Of a stretch of 53,955 bases of DNA, positions 10,916 to 20,878 are shown piece by piece (positions within the stretch are counted from its first letter, which is position 1; each line of letters opens with the position of its first letter). Origin of the DNA: an uncultured Collinsella sp. GTDB taxonomy: Bacteria > Actinomycetota > Coriobacteriia > Coriobacteriales > Coriobacteriaceae. A program made the translations under genes and the position numbers. The DNA lies in the NCBI GenBank assembly GCA_900550785.1, contig URTL01000001.1:1-53955 (forward strand), read 5' to 3'. Under the pieces are notes generated by a model that did not search any database, was not told where the DNA came from, and saw only the letters and a list, made by a program, of their open reading frames with translations.

Positions 10916-10928
10916 AGGAGGTTTCTGC

Positions 10929-11039
10929 ATGGACGTTATTAACAAAGATCTCTTGGAGCAACTGAAAGAGTTTCAGGAAGAGGGCGTCGTGGTGGAAGTG
11001 TTCGACTTTGAGGACTACATGGATAAATTCTGCCATTAG
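10929..11039 (+). CDS. Putative RiPP precursor peptide, 36 aa: MDVINKDLLEQLKEFQEEGVVVEVFDFEDYMDKFCH
   Basis: Strong RBS GAGGAGG (10915-10921) directly after the rSAM stop; acidic leader-like sequence; followed by a terminator; below the ORF-track length cutoff. Confidence 0.75.
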   Translation: MDVINKDLLEQLKEFQEEGVVVEVFDFEDYMDKFCH

Positions 11040-11062
11040 TTTCGGAATTTACTCGCCTCGCT

Positions 11063-11098
11063 TAAAGGAGAAGTCGATTATCGATTTCTCCTTTTTTA
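11063..11098 (+). terminator. Terminator closing the rSAM operon
   Basis: AAAGGAGAAGTCGAT/ATCGATTTCTCCTTTTTT stem followed by a U-tract. Confidence 0.75.
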
Positions 11099-11227
11099 AT
11101 TAAAGATATTTTTGAAATACATGCTCTTAGCACAGGTTGGCCTCTCAGTAAACTGGGAGGTTGCTTTGGCTAGTTAGAGATATGTGAACGTCCGTTAGAC
11201 TGAATCTCAGGGTAGAAGGGGCCTCCA

Positions 11228-13228
11228 GTGTCCAGATCAACAAGGCAATGCTGCGTTTCGGCTAATAAGAACGATGACTTTTTGCGTGTGGCGGCGGCTT
11301 CGCCGCGGATTCGCGTTGCCGATGTCGAGGGCAATGCCGAGGTTGCGCTGGCGGCTGTTCGCGATGCTGCCGAGCGCGGCGTTCGCGCGCTGGTGTTGCC
11401 CGAGCTTAACCTGACTGGCTATACCGCGGCTGATCTGTTCCATAACCGCACACTGCTGCATGCCTGCGAGGCGGCACTTGTGCACATTCTCGATGAAACC
11501 CGCGAGCTGCCGATTGTCTTTACCATCGGCCTTCCCGTTGCAGTTGCCGAGAATATCTACAACTGCGCCGCCGTGTGCTGCGCGGGCGAGCTTTTGGGCC
11601 TCACGGCCAAGAAGCATCTGCCCAACTATGGCGAGTTCTATGAGCGCCGCTGGTTTGCTCCGGCGCCTGCGGATCCTGTGTGGGTCGAGTTTGCCGGTCA
11701 GGGTCCGGTTCCGCTGGGTTCGGGGCTTCTCTACCGCTGCTGTGATGAAGGTGCCGAGGATATGGTGCTGGGCGTTGAGGTCTGCGAGGATCTGTGGGTG
11801 CCGGCGCCCCCTTCGACCGAGATGGCGCTTGCCGGTGCGACGGTGATCCTCAACCCGTCGGCCTCGGACGAGATTATCGGTAAGGCAGACTATCGCCGCA
11901 GCCTCATCTCCAATCAGAGCGCGCGCCTGTACTGTGCCTATGCCTATGCAGACGCGAGCGAGGGCGAGTCCACGACCGATATGGTCTTTGCGGGCGAGAA
12001 CCTCGTCTACGAAAACGGCTCTAAGCTGGCGGCAACGAAGCTCCTTACCTGCGATATGGCCGTCGCCGATGTTGACCTTGACCGTCTGGTTGCCGAGCGC
12101 CGTCGCTCGACGACGTGGACGCGCGCGGACGATGCGCCGGAGGCCACAACCGTTGAGTTTTCGTTTGAGGGCGTGCTGGCAGACGAGCCTGTCCTGCGGG
12201 ATGCGTTCGACATCGACCGTGTCTTCCCCCGCGCGCCCTTTGTGCCGGCCGACCACGGCGACTTGGCCGAGCGCTGCGAGACGATCCTCGATCTGCAGAC
12301 TGCGGGCCTCAAGACCCGCCTTGCCCATACGGGTACCAAGGCTGCAGTCATCGGTCTTTCGGGAGGCCTGGACTCCACGCTGGCACTGCTTGTGACCGTG
12401 CGTGCCTTCGATGCACTGGGGCTGCCGCGCACCGGTATCACGGCCGTGTCCATGCCTGGCTTTGGCACGACGCATCGCACCAAGTCGAATGCCGAGTCGC
12501 TCGCCCGCGACCTGGGTGTGAGCTTCCGCGAGGTTTCGATCCACGCGGCCGTGGAGCAGCACTTCAAGGACATCGAGCACGATCCGGCCGTGCAGGACGT
12601 GACCTACGAGAACAGCCAAGCCCGCGAGCGTACGCAGATTCTGATGGATTTGGCCAACCAGGCTGGCGGTTTTGTCATCGGCACGGGCGACCTGTCGGAG
12701 CTGGCGCTCGGCTGGGCTACCTATAACGGCGATCACATGAGCATGTACGCCGTCAACGCGAGCGTTCCCAAGACGCTCGTGCGTCATCTGGTGCGCTATG
12801 CCGCCGATGTCTTTGGCGGGCGTATTGCCGAGGTCTTGCTCGACATCCTCGATACGCCGGTGTCCCCCGAGCTTCTGCCGCCCACGGGCGATGGCGAGAT
12901 TGCACAGAAGACCGAGGATTTGGTGGGGCCGTACGAGCTGCACGACTACTTCCTCTATTACCTGCTGCGTTTTGGCTTTGAGCCGGGCAAGATCTACCGC
13001 ATGGCGCTCAAGAGCTTCGAGGGCGTCTACGACGCCAAGACCGTCCACTCGTGGTTGCGTACGTTCTATCGTCGCTTCTTTGCCCAACAGTTTAAGCGCA
13101 GCTGCCTGCCCGATGGTCCCAAGGTGGGCTCGGTGACGCTCAGCCCGCGCGGCGATTGGCGTATGCCGAGTGACGCCAGCTCACGTTTGTGGCTTGCGCA
13201 GATCGACGCGCTCAATCCGATTGACTAA
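11228..13228 (+). CDS. nadE: Glutamine-dependent NAD(+) synthetase
   Basis: Nitrilase domain (LPEL, LPNYGEFYERRWF, EVCEDLW) and synthetase domain (IGLSGGLDST, ENSQARER, QQFKRSCLPDGPKVG); exact start uncertain. Confidence 0.95.
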   Translation: MSRSTRQCCVSANKNDDFLRVAAASPRIRVADVEGNAEVALAAVRDAAERGVRALVLPELNLTGYTAADLFHNRTLLHACEAALVHILDETRELPIVFTIGLPVAVAENIYNCAAVCCAGELLGLTAKKHLPNYGEFYERRWFAPAPADPVWVEFAGQGPVPLGSGLLYRCCDEGAEDMVLGVEVCEDLWVPAPPSTEMALAGATVILNPSASDEIIGKADYRRSLISNQSARLYCAYAYADASEGESTTDMVFAGENLVYENGSKLAATKLLTCDMAVADVDLDRLVAERRRSTTWTRADDAPEATTVEFSFEGVLADEPVLRDAFDIDRVFPRAPFVPADHGDLAERCETILDLQTAGLKTRLAHTGTKAAVIGLSGGLDSTLALLVTVRAFDALGLPRTGITAVSMPGFGTTHRTKSNAESLARDLGVSFREVSIHAAVEQHFKDIEHDPAVQDVTYENSQARERTQILMDLANQAGGFVIGTGDLSELALGWATYNGDHMSMYAVNASVPKTLVRHLVRYAADVFGGRIAEVLLDILDTPVSPELLPPTGDGEIAQKTEDLVGPYELHDYFLYYLLRFGFEPGKIYRMALKSFEGVYDAKTVHSWLRTFYRRFFAQQFKRSCLPDGPKVGSVTLSPRGDWRMPSDASSRLWLAQIDALNPID

Positions 13229-13346
13229 GGTTGGCTAAATTGAACCAATACGGGGGTTGCAAGCGTTACACTTTTGCAATCTGATGGCCCGTATCGCGCG
13301 GCGCTCTTGTCGGAGCGCCGCGTTTTTCATATCGAAAGGTGGCACC

Positions 13347-14510
13347 ATGCAGGCATCGCAGCGTCTCGACCGCTTTGGCGCGGAGGTCTTCGCCTCGCTC
13401 AATAACAAACTGCTCGCGCTGAAGGCTCAGGGCAAGACCATTTACAACATGAGCGTGGGCACGCCCGACTTTAATCCGTACGACCACGTGGTCGAGGCGC
13501 TCACGCAAGCAGCCCAAGATCCCGAGATGTGGAAGTACGCCCTGCGCGACCTGCCCGAACTCAAGCAGGCCGTGTGCGATTACTATGAGCGTCGCTTTGG
13601 TGTCTCCGGCATTACGCCGTCTATGGTGCAGTCGTGCAACGGCACGCAGGAGGGCGTGGGCCATTTGGGCCTGGCCCTGCTCGATCCGGGTGACACTATT
13701 TTGGTTCCCGATCCGTGCTACCCGGTCTTTGAGGCGGGTGCCAAGATCGCCGATGCCAAGCTCGAGTACTATCCGCTGGTTGCCGAGCATAATTACCTGC
13801 CCTATGTGGCGGGTATCGATCCCGAGGTGGCCGATCGTGCCAAGTATATGATCGTGTCGCTGCCTGCGAACCCGGTGGGCTCGGTGGGCACACCCGAGGT
13901 CTACGAGGAGATTATCGCTTTCGCCCGCGAGCATGATCTGCTCATCGTTCACGACAACGCGTACTCCGACATCGTGTTTGACGGCGAGCCCGGCGGCAGC
14001 TTCTTGCAGTATCCCGGTGCGCTTGAGGTGGGCGTGGAGTTCTTCTCGCTTTCCAAGTCGTTTAACGTCACCGGTGCCCGCATCGGCTTTTTGGTCGGTC
14101 GCGAGGATGTTGTCTCGGCCTTTGCCAAGCTGCGTGGTCAGATCGACTTCGGTATGTTTTTCCCGATTCAGAAGGCCGCTATCGCGTGCCTGAACGGTCC
14201 GCGCGATGAGGTCGAGGCGCAGCGTCTGAAGTACCAGGAACGCCGCGATGCCCTGTGCGACGGTCTTGAGGGCCTGGGCTGGGAGCGTCCCAACGCGCAT
14301 GGCTCTATGTTTGTGTGGGCCAAGCTTCCCGGTGGTCGCACCGATTCCATGGCGTTTTGCGAGGAGCTTATGGAGAAGGCCGGCGTTGTGGTGACGCCGG
14401 GCGCGAGCTTTGGCCCTTCGGGCGAGGGGCACGTGCGTATGGCACTGGTCCTGCCGCCCGATCAGATCGCTTTGGCTGTCGAGGCCATTCGCGAGGCGGG
14501 CCTGTATTAG
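13347..14510 (+). CDS. PLP-dependent class I/II aminotransferase (LL-DAP aminotransferase-like)
   Basis: PANPVG, HDNAYSD and SLSKSFNVTGARIG (PLP lysine); RBS AAAGGTGG. Confidence 0.9.
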   Translation: MQASQRLDRFGAEVFASLNNKLLALKAQGKTIYNMSVGTPDFNPYDHVVEALTQAAQDPEMWKYALRDLPELKQAVCDYYERRFGVSGITPSMVQSCNGTQEGVGHLGLALLDPGDTILVPDPCYPVFEAGAKIADAKLEYYPLVAEHNYLPYVAGIDPEVADRAKYMIVSLPANPVGSVGTPEVYEEIIAFAREHDLLIVHDNAYSDIVFDGEPGGSFLQYPGALEVGVEFFSLSKSFNVTGARIGFLVGREDVVSAFAKLRGQIDFGMFFPIQKAAIACLNGPRDEVEAQRLKYQERRDALCDGLEGLGWERPNAHGSMFVWAKLPGGRTDSMAFCEELMEKAGVVVTPGASFGPSGEGHVRMALVLPPDQIALAVEAIREAGLY

Positions 14511-14711
14511 AAACCTATTTCGACTCGTCAATAGCTCGAAACCGATTTCGTGCAGTTATTTTACGAATTCTGCAAACAATTTCGGTAAACGGTCGATTTT
14601 TGGCTGCGAATAGGAGCATAATCAAAGTCCCGATTGGATGTATTGGGATTACGACAAGCCGCTCGGGTCGTTCCCGGGCGGCTTGTTTGTGGAGAGAGAT
14701 GGGAGTTTCTA

Positions 14712-15662
14712 ATGGTTAACGAGAAGAAGGTCGCTATTGTCGGCTGCGGTTTCGTCGGTTCGTCTTCGGCGTTCGCTCTGATGCAGAGCGGTCTGTTCTC
14801 CGAGATGGTCCTCATCGACGTGGACAAGAACCGCGCCGAGGGTGAGGCCCTGGATATCGCGCACGGCATGACGTTTGCCGAGCCGATGAAGATCTACGCC
14901 GGCGATTATTCCGATGTCGCCGACGCCGCCATGATCGTCGTCACCGCTGGCGCTGCCCAGAAGCCCGGTGAGACCCGCCTGGACTTGGTCAACAAGAACG
15001 TCAACATCTTTAAGTCCATTATCCCCGAGATTAAGAAGTCCGGCTTCGACGGCATTCTGCTAATCGTCTCCAACCCGGTTGATGTTCTGACCTATGCTGC
15101 CATCAAGATGTCCGGCCTGTCCGAGGGCCATGTCATCGGCTCCGGCACCGTGCTCGACACCGGCCGTCTGCAGCAGATGCTTGGTGCCCACGTCGAGGTT
15201 GACCCGCGCGATGTCCAGGCCTATGTCATGGGTGAGCACGGCGACTCCGAGTTTGTCGCTTGGTCCAGCGCCCAGGTTGCCGGCGTGCCGCTGAACACCT
15301 TCTGCGAGCTTCACGGCCACCTGGAGCATGAGGCTGCCGAGAAGCGCATCGCCGAGGACGTTAAGAACTCCGCCTACACCATCATCGAGAAGAAGCACGC
15401 CACCTACTACGGCGTCGCCATGGCCGTTAAGCGCATCTGCACCGCTGTTATGCGTGATGAGCAGACCGTTCTGCCCGTTTCCTCGCTCATGGTGGGCGAG
15501 TATGGCCTGTCCGATCTGGCCATCTCCATGCCGACGGTCGTTGGCCGCGACGGCGTCGTCTGCCGCGTCCCCGTGCCGCTGAACGACGACGAGCAGCATG
15601 AGCTCACCGTCTCCGCCAAGGCCCTCAAGGACATCATCGACAGCGTCGACTTCTCCTGCTAA
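14712..15662 (+). CDS. ldh: L-lactate dehydrogenase
   Basis: GCGFVG, TAGAAQKPGETRLDL, VSNPVD, GTVLDTGR and GEHGDS motifs. Confidence 0.95.
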   Translation: MVNEKKVAIVGCGFVGSSSAFALMQSGLFSEMVLIDVDKNRAEGEALDIAHGMTFAEPMKIYAGDYSDVADAAMIVVTAGAAQKPGETRLDLVNKNVNIFKSIIPEIKKSGFDGILLIVSNPVDVLTYAAIKMSGLSEGHVIGSGTVLDTGRLQQMLGAHVEVDPRDVQAYVMGEHGDSEFVAWSSAQVAGVPLNTFCELHGHLEHEAAEKRIAEDVKNSAYTIIEKKHATYYGVAMAVKRICTAVMRDEQTVLPVSSLMVGEYGLSDLAISMPTVVGRDGVVCRVPVPLNDDEQHELTVSAKALKDIIDSVDFSC

Positions 15663-15693
15663 ATCAAGCTCGCTAGAGCGAAAAGCTACAATG

Positions 15694-15729
15694 AAGGCGT
15701 CCGGGTCCACACGGCCCGGGCGCCTTTTT
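15694..15729 (+). terminator. ldh terminator
   Basis: AAGGCGTCCGGG...CCCGGGCGCCTTTTT. Confidence 0.7.
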
Positions 15730-15776
15730 GGTGCAAAGTAACCTGACTCCAATGCACCATAGTTGATGGGAGGGCC

Positions 15777-16937
15777 ATGTCGGATTCGCCTAATTTTTTG
15801 ACCTATGTCCAGACGGCGTTTGATCCCTTTGAGGAGCGGCCGTTCTGCGCGGTGGATAGCCTGGTCTTTGCGTGGTTGTCCTATTTGCGCTTGCCGGGTG
15901 ATATGGCGGGGCTGACGAACTGGCAGGGCCTAGACGTACGCGAACTGCTGCGTGCCGAGTGCTACCGGGACATGATTGACGACTTGTGGGACCCAGAGGG
16001 AAGCAGGGCCTTGTTGGAGGCCGTGGCAGCAAATCCCAGATACCGCGGCGTGCACGTTTGCGGCTATCGTGCCGTGAGCGATGTGGTGGCGACGGAGCAG
16101 TTTGCAGCCATGGCGTTCCGGTTTCCGGCGGGGTTTAGCTATCTTTCCTTCCGGGGGACCGACAGCACGATTGTGGGCTGGAAAGAGGACTTTAACATGG
16201 CGTTCCGGTGTCCTGTGCCGGCCCAGGAATCCGCGGCGCGTTATGTGGACGAGGCGGCGGATGCGATCGACGGGCCGCTTTTGTGCGGAGGTCATTCCAA
16301 GGGCGGAAACCTTGCGGTGTACGGTGCGGCGATGTGCTCCGATGTCGCCCGTGAGCGAATCGAACGGGCGTATTCCCATGATGGTCCAGGGTTCGTCGAG
16401 GAGTTTCTGAACGGCAACGCCTTTGCCGATCTTTCCGGTCGAATCGACAAGACGCTACCTCGGTCGTCGATCTTCGGCATGATGTTCGAGACACAAGAGG
16501 ACTATGCCATCGTTGAGAGCACCGAGTTCAGCCTGCTGCAGCACAATCCCTTTAGCTGGGTGGTTGATGGTTGCGACTTCGTATACTGTGAGCGCCTGTC
16601 CGCCGGTGCTCGATACGTTGATGGCTCCATTCGCGAGATGCTGCTTGCAGTGTCACCTAGCGAGCGCGAGCGTTTTGTAGATGCGTTGTTCTCCGTGTTT
16701 GAGGCTACGGACGCCGAACGGTTTGCGGATATCGCAGGAAATCTGCGTGAGAGTCTGCCCGTGATGCTCCAGGCTGCGCAAGGCTTTGACAAAGATACGC
16801 GACGCTTTATCTCGCAGACCATCGTGGCGATCCTTAAATGCGCACTGTTGCCCAAACGACCCCAGATCGACGTGCCCGCTGCCGGCAAGAGTTTGGCAGA
16901 ACAGCTCGAGGCTTGGCAGTCCGAGCTCCTGCGCTAG
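15777..16937 (+). CDS. DUF2974 / Mbeg1-like alpha/beta hydrolase
   Basis: FRGTDSTIVGWKEDFNM, GHSKGG nucleophile elbow, YSHDGPGF. Confidence 0.85.
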   Translation: MSDSPNFLTYVQTAFDPFEERPFCAVDSLVFAWLSYLRLPGDMAGLTNWQGLDVRELLRAECYRDMIDDLWDPEGSRALLEAVAANPRYRGVHVCGYRAVSDVVATEQFAAMAFRFPAGFSYLSFRGTDSTIVGWKEDFNMAFRCPVPAQESAARYVDEAADAIDGPLLCGGHSKGGNLAVYGAAMCSDVARERIERAYSHDGPGFVEEFLNGNAFADLSGRIDKTLPRSSIFGMMFETQEDYAIVESTEFSLLQHNPFSWVVDGCDFVYCERLSAGARYVDGSIREMLLAVSPSERERFVDALFSVFEATDAERFADIAGNLRESLPVMLQAAQGFDKDTRRFISQTIVAILKCALLPKRPQIDVPAAGKSLAEQLEAWQSELLR

Positions 16938-17048
16938 CCATTGATACAAAGCAACCTGTCCCCGATGCGCCAATCTTCGATGCGCCTGGGGCGGGCTCGA
17001 CCGCTATACTGGTTCGTGCCGAAATCGATCTAGAACGGAATGCCGTAT

Positions 17049-18053
17049 ATGAAAATCAATCACGCGATTCTGCATATCCTGGACTTTGACTCTGCCGTCA
17101 ACGTTATGAGCCAGCGCGAGTTGGATATCGAGAGCCGCACCGTGCGTAATTTCGTAACCACGCACCTGCGGCGCGCTCGTACCTCGGCCGACAACAAACG
17201 CGCCACGTTTGCCGAGAACTCTGCGTTTAGTGGTGAGCTCAAGGGCTATTTCTTTGGCGAGCGCGAGTTCGTGGACCTGTCGCAGCAGATTGCGGAGTTT
17301 ATCTCCTCCGAGCTCACCAAAGCCGAGAAAGCCGAGTCCACCGACGTGCTCGTGGCTGATTTTGACGACGATGAGGATGCCCGCTGGTTTGCCGTGATGC
17401 TGCTGGGCTCCAAGCAGGCTTTTATGCACGAAGTGGGCCGCGAAGAGGGGGAGGTGCGCAACGACATCGCGCGCCACTACGCCATTCTGCCGAACCCCTC
17501 GCAAAAGGTGCCGAGCTATGCAATCGTGCGTGCAAGCACCATGGAGATCGGCTATGTGGATAAGAAGCGCAAGATTGCCGGCGAGGATCGCATGCTCATT
17601 CCCGATGGCCTGCTGCAGTGCGACACGGGGGTATCGGGCAAGGAGGTCATCGACACCGTGACGCGTGTGGTCGAGGAAGTCGCCGAGGAGCACGGTGCCA
17701 ACACGGCCGTGGCGCTCGCCAAGGTTAAGGCTGCCGTTGCCGAGAAAGTCGAGGATGACGAGGAGCTGCCGCCTTGGGATATCGTCGATGAGGTCTTTGA
17801 GGACGAACCAGTTATCAAGGAGAGCGTGCGCGCGGCACTGACTGAGGAGAAGGTGCCTGAGCGCGTTCCCGTGGAGCGCAAGCAAGTTGAGCGCGCGGCC
17901 GTGCGCAATCACAAGATCCGTACCGACACGGGCATCGAGATCAGCTTCCCGGCCGAGATGGGTTCGAACTCCGAGTACATCGAGTTCGTCAATGAGCCCA
18001 ACGGCCTCATCTCCATCGAGCTCAAGAATATCGGGTCAATTGAGAATCGATAA
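17049..18053 (+). CDS. Nucleoid-associated protein (NA37/YejK-like)
   Basis: MKINHAILHILD N-terminus; C-terminal HKIRTDTGIEISFP...EFVNEPNG motif. Confidence 0.8.
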   Translation: MKINHAILHILDFDSAVNVMSQRELDIESRTVRNFVTTHLRRARTSADNKRATFAENSAFSGELKGYFFGEREFVDLSQQIAEFISSELTKAEKAESTDVLVADFDDDEDARWFAVMLLGSKQAFMHEVGREEGEVRNDIARHYAILPNPSQKVPSYAIVRASTMEIGYVDKKRKIAGEDRMLIPDGLLQCDTGVSGKEVIDTVTRVVEEVAEEHGANTAVALAKVKAAVAEKVEDDEELPPWDIVDEVFEDEPVIKESVRAALTEEKVPERVPVERKQVERAAVRNHKIRTDTGIEISFPAEMGSNSEYIEFVNEPNGLISIELKNIGSIENR

Positions 18054-18078
18054 ACTGCGCTTGGACGCTGCAAAAATA

Positions 18079-18114
18079 AAGGCCGAAGCCCCGGATGAGG
18101 GCTTCGGCCTTTTT
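18079..18114 (+). terminator. Terminator
   Basis: AAGGCCGAAGCCC/GGGCTTCGGCCTTTTT. Confidence 0.8.
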
Positions 18115-18157
18115 ACTTGGGGCTGAATTACGTTGCAGGTCGAGCATACGTCAGCGA

Positions 18158-18255
18158 AAACGCCCCTAAGCGAGCAAGGTGACGTGAAAGAGGAGGGAAG
18201 CGTACTTCGGTACGCGACCGACGATTGAACGTCAGATTGCCGCTTAGGGGCGTTT
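18158..18255. other. Long nested hairpin element (REP/MITE-like or structured RNA)
   Basis: 15-bp IR AAACGCCCCTAAGCG/CGCTTAGGGGCGTTT; inner TGACGT/ACGTCA; apical GCGTAC-TTCG-GTACGC. Confidence 0.55.
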
Positions 18256-18297
18256 GCAGCGTCGAGCCGTTACGCGGTTTGGTAAAACCGCGTAACC

Positions 18298-19233
18298 CTA
18301 CAGTTCAGTCACGACAACGCTGTTGTAGACCTCGTCCCAGCGGTCCATGACCAGGTGGCCGGTCTTGGGATCCATGGCGTTGAGCTTGCCGCAGGTATTG
18401 GCGGTCTTGAGCACCGTGACGTCGTCGGCACCAGCAGCAATGGCATGCGCAAAACCGGCAATGGTCGAGTCACCGGAACCCGTCGCGTTCACAGCCGCAA
18501 TCGCGGGCGTCTTGGCGCGGAACGCGCGGCCCTCATGGAAGCCCACCGAACCGGCAGCGCCCATCGAAACGACAACCCAGGGGATACCGGCAAAACGGTC
18601 ATCGGCGGCAAGCGCCTCGCGCAGGGCATCGACATCATCAGTCGTAAAGGACGTACCCAGCAGGCCGTTAATCTCGGTCAGGTTGGGCTTTACGAGCTCA
18701 GGCTTAGCGTCGGACTCCAGCGCGGCCTCCAGCGATGCACCCGAGGTGTCGAGCAGCACCTTGGCGCCCGCCTCCTCGGCAATCTTGACGAGCTCGGCAT
18801 AGTAGCCGGCATCGACACCACGCGGCAGCGAGCCCGAAAGCGTCACAACGTCCGCCTTTGCTGCAAGCTCGGCGAATTTTGCCGTAAAGGCCTCGAGCTC
18901 GGCCGGGGCGATCTGCGGGCCGCTCTCCAAAAGCTCGGTCTGATTACCCTCGTGCAGAATATTCAGGCAAATGCGCGTCTCACCGGCGATGGGCACAAAG
19001 TCGTTCTTGACGCCGTCGGCATCCATAAGCTCGGCCATATAGGCACCCATGTGGCCGCCGAGCAGACCGGTCGCGAGCACATCGTCGCCCAACTGCAGCA
19101 GCACACGGCTCACGTTAAGGCCCTTGCCGCCAGCGGTCTTTTCGGGCGTCACGCGGTTTACATCGTCGATGATCAGCTTGTCGAGCTGATAGCGCGTATC
19201 AATCGACGGGTTCATGGTAACGGTCAGAATCAT
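18298..19233 (-). CDS. lacC: Tagatose-6-phosphate kinase (PfkB/LacC family)
   Basis: MILTVTMNPSID, AGGKGLNVSRV, KPNLTE, NATGSGDS; same operon as lacAB. Confidence 0.85.
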   Translation of the reverse strand: MILTVTMNPSIDTRYQLDKLIIDDVNRVTPEKTAGGKGLNVSRVLLQLGDDVLATGLLGGHMGAYMAELMDADGVKNDFVPIAGETRICLNILHEGNQTELLESGPQIAPAELEAFTAKFAELAAKADVVTLSGSLPRGVDAGYYAELVKIAEEAGAKVLLDTSGASLEAALESDAKPELVKPNLTEINGLLGTSFTTDDVDALREALAADDRFAGIPWVVVSMGAAGSVGFHEGRAFRAKTPAIAAVNATGSGDSTIAGFAHAIAAGADDVTVLKTANTCGKLNAMDPKTGHLVMDRWDEVYNSVVVTEL

Positions 19234-19289
19234 ATTGAACTCCTGTTTCCGGGGCACGACACGCGCGGCCCCAAACATACGATAGCTCG

Positions 19290-20171
19290 TTAAAGGATCT
19301 CGATCTCAAAGCCGCGGGTAACGGTCTCCCCCGGCTTGGCCACCAGGCAGCCGCGCTTGTGCTCCAGGATATCGTCCTCGTCGGAGCAGGTGGACAGGCC
19401 GCCCCACGGTTCCACGGCCACAAAGTCACCCTCGGGCTTGCTCCACACAATCAGGTACGGCATATCGGGGAACGTCAGTCGCACGCCCTTGTCCTCGGTC
19501 TTCTTGGTCAGCGTAACCACGCGGCTCTCGAGCACGTCAAAGATGGTCTCCGCGAAGTCAAAGAGTTCGTGGGTCAGCGGCAGGTCATGGCCAACCATCG
19601 GGTTCTTGCTGCGATGCTCAACATCAATCAGGCCCGTCGAGGGAACGGCAGTACAGAGCTCGGCGGCCTCGCGCTGCTCAAAACGGAGCTCGTAGTCGTC
19701 ATAGGACTCGCCCTCGTCAAGCGGGCACTTAAAGCCAGGGTGACCGCCCACAAAGAACGGCATGTCCTCGGTGCCCTCATTGGTCACCTCGTACGACACG
19801 GCCACCTTCTCCGCATCGATCGTGTAACGAGCAACGATCTTAAACGGATACGGGTACTGCTCGAGCAACTCGGCATGGTCGGCAGAGCTTAGACTCAGCG
19901 CAACCATGTTGTCGCTCTGCTCCTCGAGCTTCCACTCCTGTTTGCGCGCAAAGCCGTGGCGGGCGAACTTTACCTCGCGGCCGCCCATGGTCATTGCGTG
20001 ACCATCACGAAGGCCGCCGCAGATCGGGAAGCAAATGGGTGCCTGGCCCGACCAGACCGAAGGATCGCCCTGCCACAGGTACTCGCGACCGTTGGCTTTA
20101 ATCGAAGTGAACGATCCGCCAGCCGTGCTCAGTACCACGCGAACAGAACCGTTATCAAGAACAAACTCCAT
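19290..20171 (-). CDS. Aldose 1-epimerase family protein (LacX-like)
   Basis: EYLWQGD..WSGQAP..FP, RHGFAR, GGHPGF, FVAVEPW. Confidence 0.85.
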   Translation of the reverse strand: MEFVLDNGSVRVVLSTAGGSFTSIKANGREYLWQGDPSVWSGQAPICFPICGGLRDGHAMTMGGREVKFARHGFARKQEWKLEEQSDNMVALSLSSADHAELLEQYPYPFKIVARYTIDAEKVAVSYEVTNEGTEDMPFFVGGHPGFKCPLDEGESYDDYELRFEQREAAELCTAVPSTGLIDVEHRSKNPMVGHDLPLTHELFDFAETIFDVLESRVVTLTKKTEDKGVRLTFPDMPYLIVWSKPEGDFVAVEPWGGLSTCSDEDDILEHKRGCLVAKPGETVTRGFEIEIL

Positions 20172-20290
20172 AGGAGCCTTCCCTTTCTTACGACAGCCCG
20201 CCAAGTCAATAGGGCTGATAGAAAACCGGCCCGCGCCCCCTCACAGAAACGCGAGCCGTCAACGGACTAGTTAATTACGCCGGATACCCG

Positions 20291-20815
20291 CTAATCGTGG
20301 TATTCGCCGCGGTCCCACTTCTCGAGGAACTCGTCAAAGAAGTGCGGGTCAGCCTGAGCCTCGGCATCGGCCTTATTGCAGGCATCGATCTTGGCGATCA
20401 GGGCATCGTGCTCGGGGGTCTTCTCGTAGGGCTCCTCCAGGAAGGCAAGCATGATATCGGCCATCAGGAACTCGCCGGTGATCTTGCCGCCAAAGCCCAC
20501 GATGTTGGCGTTGAGCTCGCGACGGGCATACAGGGCAGAGGTCATATCGCGGACCAGGGCGCAGCGGGCGCCGGGAACCTTGTTGACGGCGTTGGTGATG
20601 CCGATGCCGGTGCCGCACAGGGCCACGCCAAAATCGGCCTTGCCGCTGGCGACAGCCTCGCCCACGGCCTTACCGTAGATGGGATAGTGCGTACGGGTGT
20701 GGCTGTAGGTGCCGCAGTCGAGCACCTTGTAGCCAGCCTGCTCCAGGCGGTCGGCCAGATAGATCTTCTCGTCCGTAACGATATGGTCGCAACCGATTGC
20801 GATGGTCTTCTTCAT
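20291..20815 (-). CDS. lacB: Galactose-6-phosphate isomerase subunit LacB
   Basis: [44 protein letters not shown]. Confidence 0.95.
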   Translation of the reverse strand: MKKTIAIGCDHIVTDEKIYLADRLEQAGYKVLDCGTYSHTRTHYPIYGKAVGEAVASGKADFGVALCGTGIGITNAVNKVPGARCALVRDMTSALYARRELNANIVGFGGKITGEFLMADIMLAFLEEPYEKTPEHDALIAKIDACNKADAEAQADPHFFDEFLEKWDRGEYHD

Positions 20816-20878
20816 CAGAACGTCCTTTCGTCTGAATTCACAAGTTGAGGTAGAAGTTCGAGTTCTCGGTGGCTCTCG

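Noticed and set aside
13258..13270. cre-like TGCAAGCGTTACA upstream of the aminotransferase
   Set aside because: Single imperfect instance with no supporting context.
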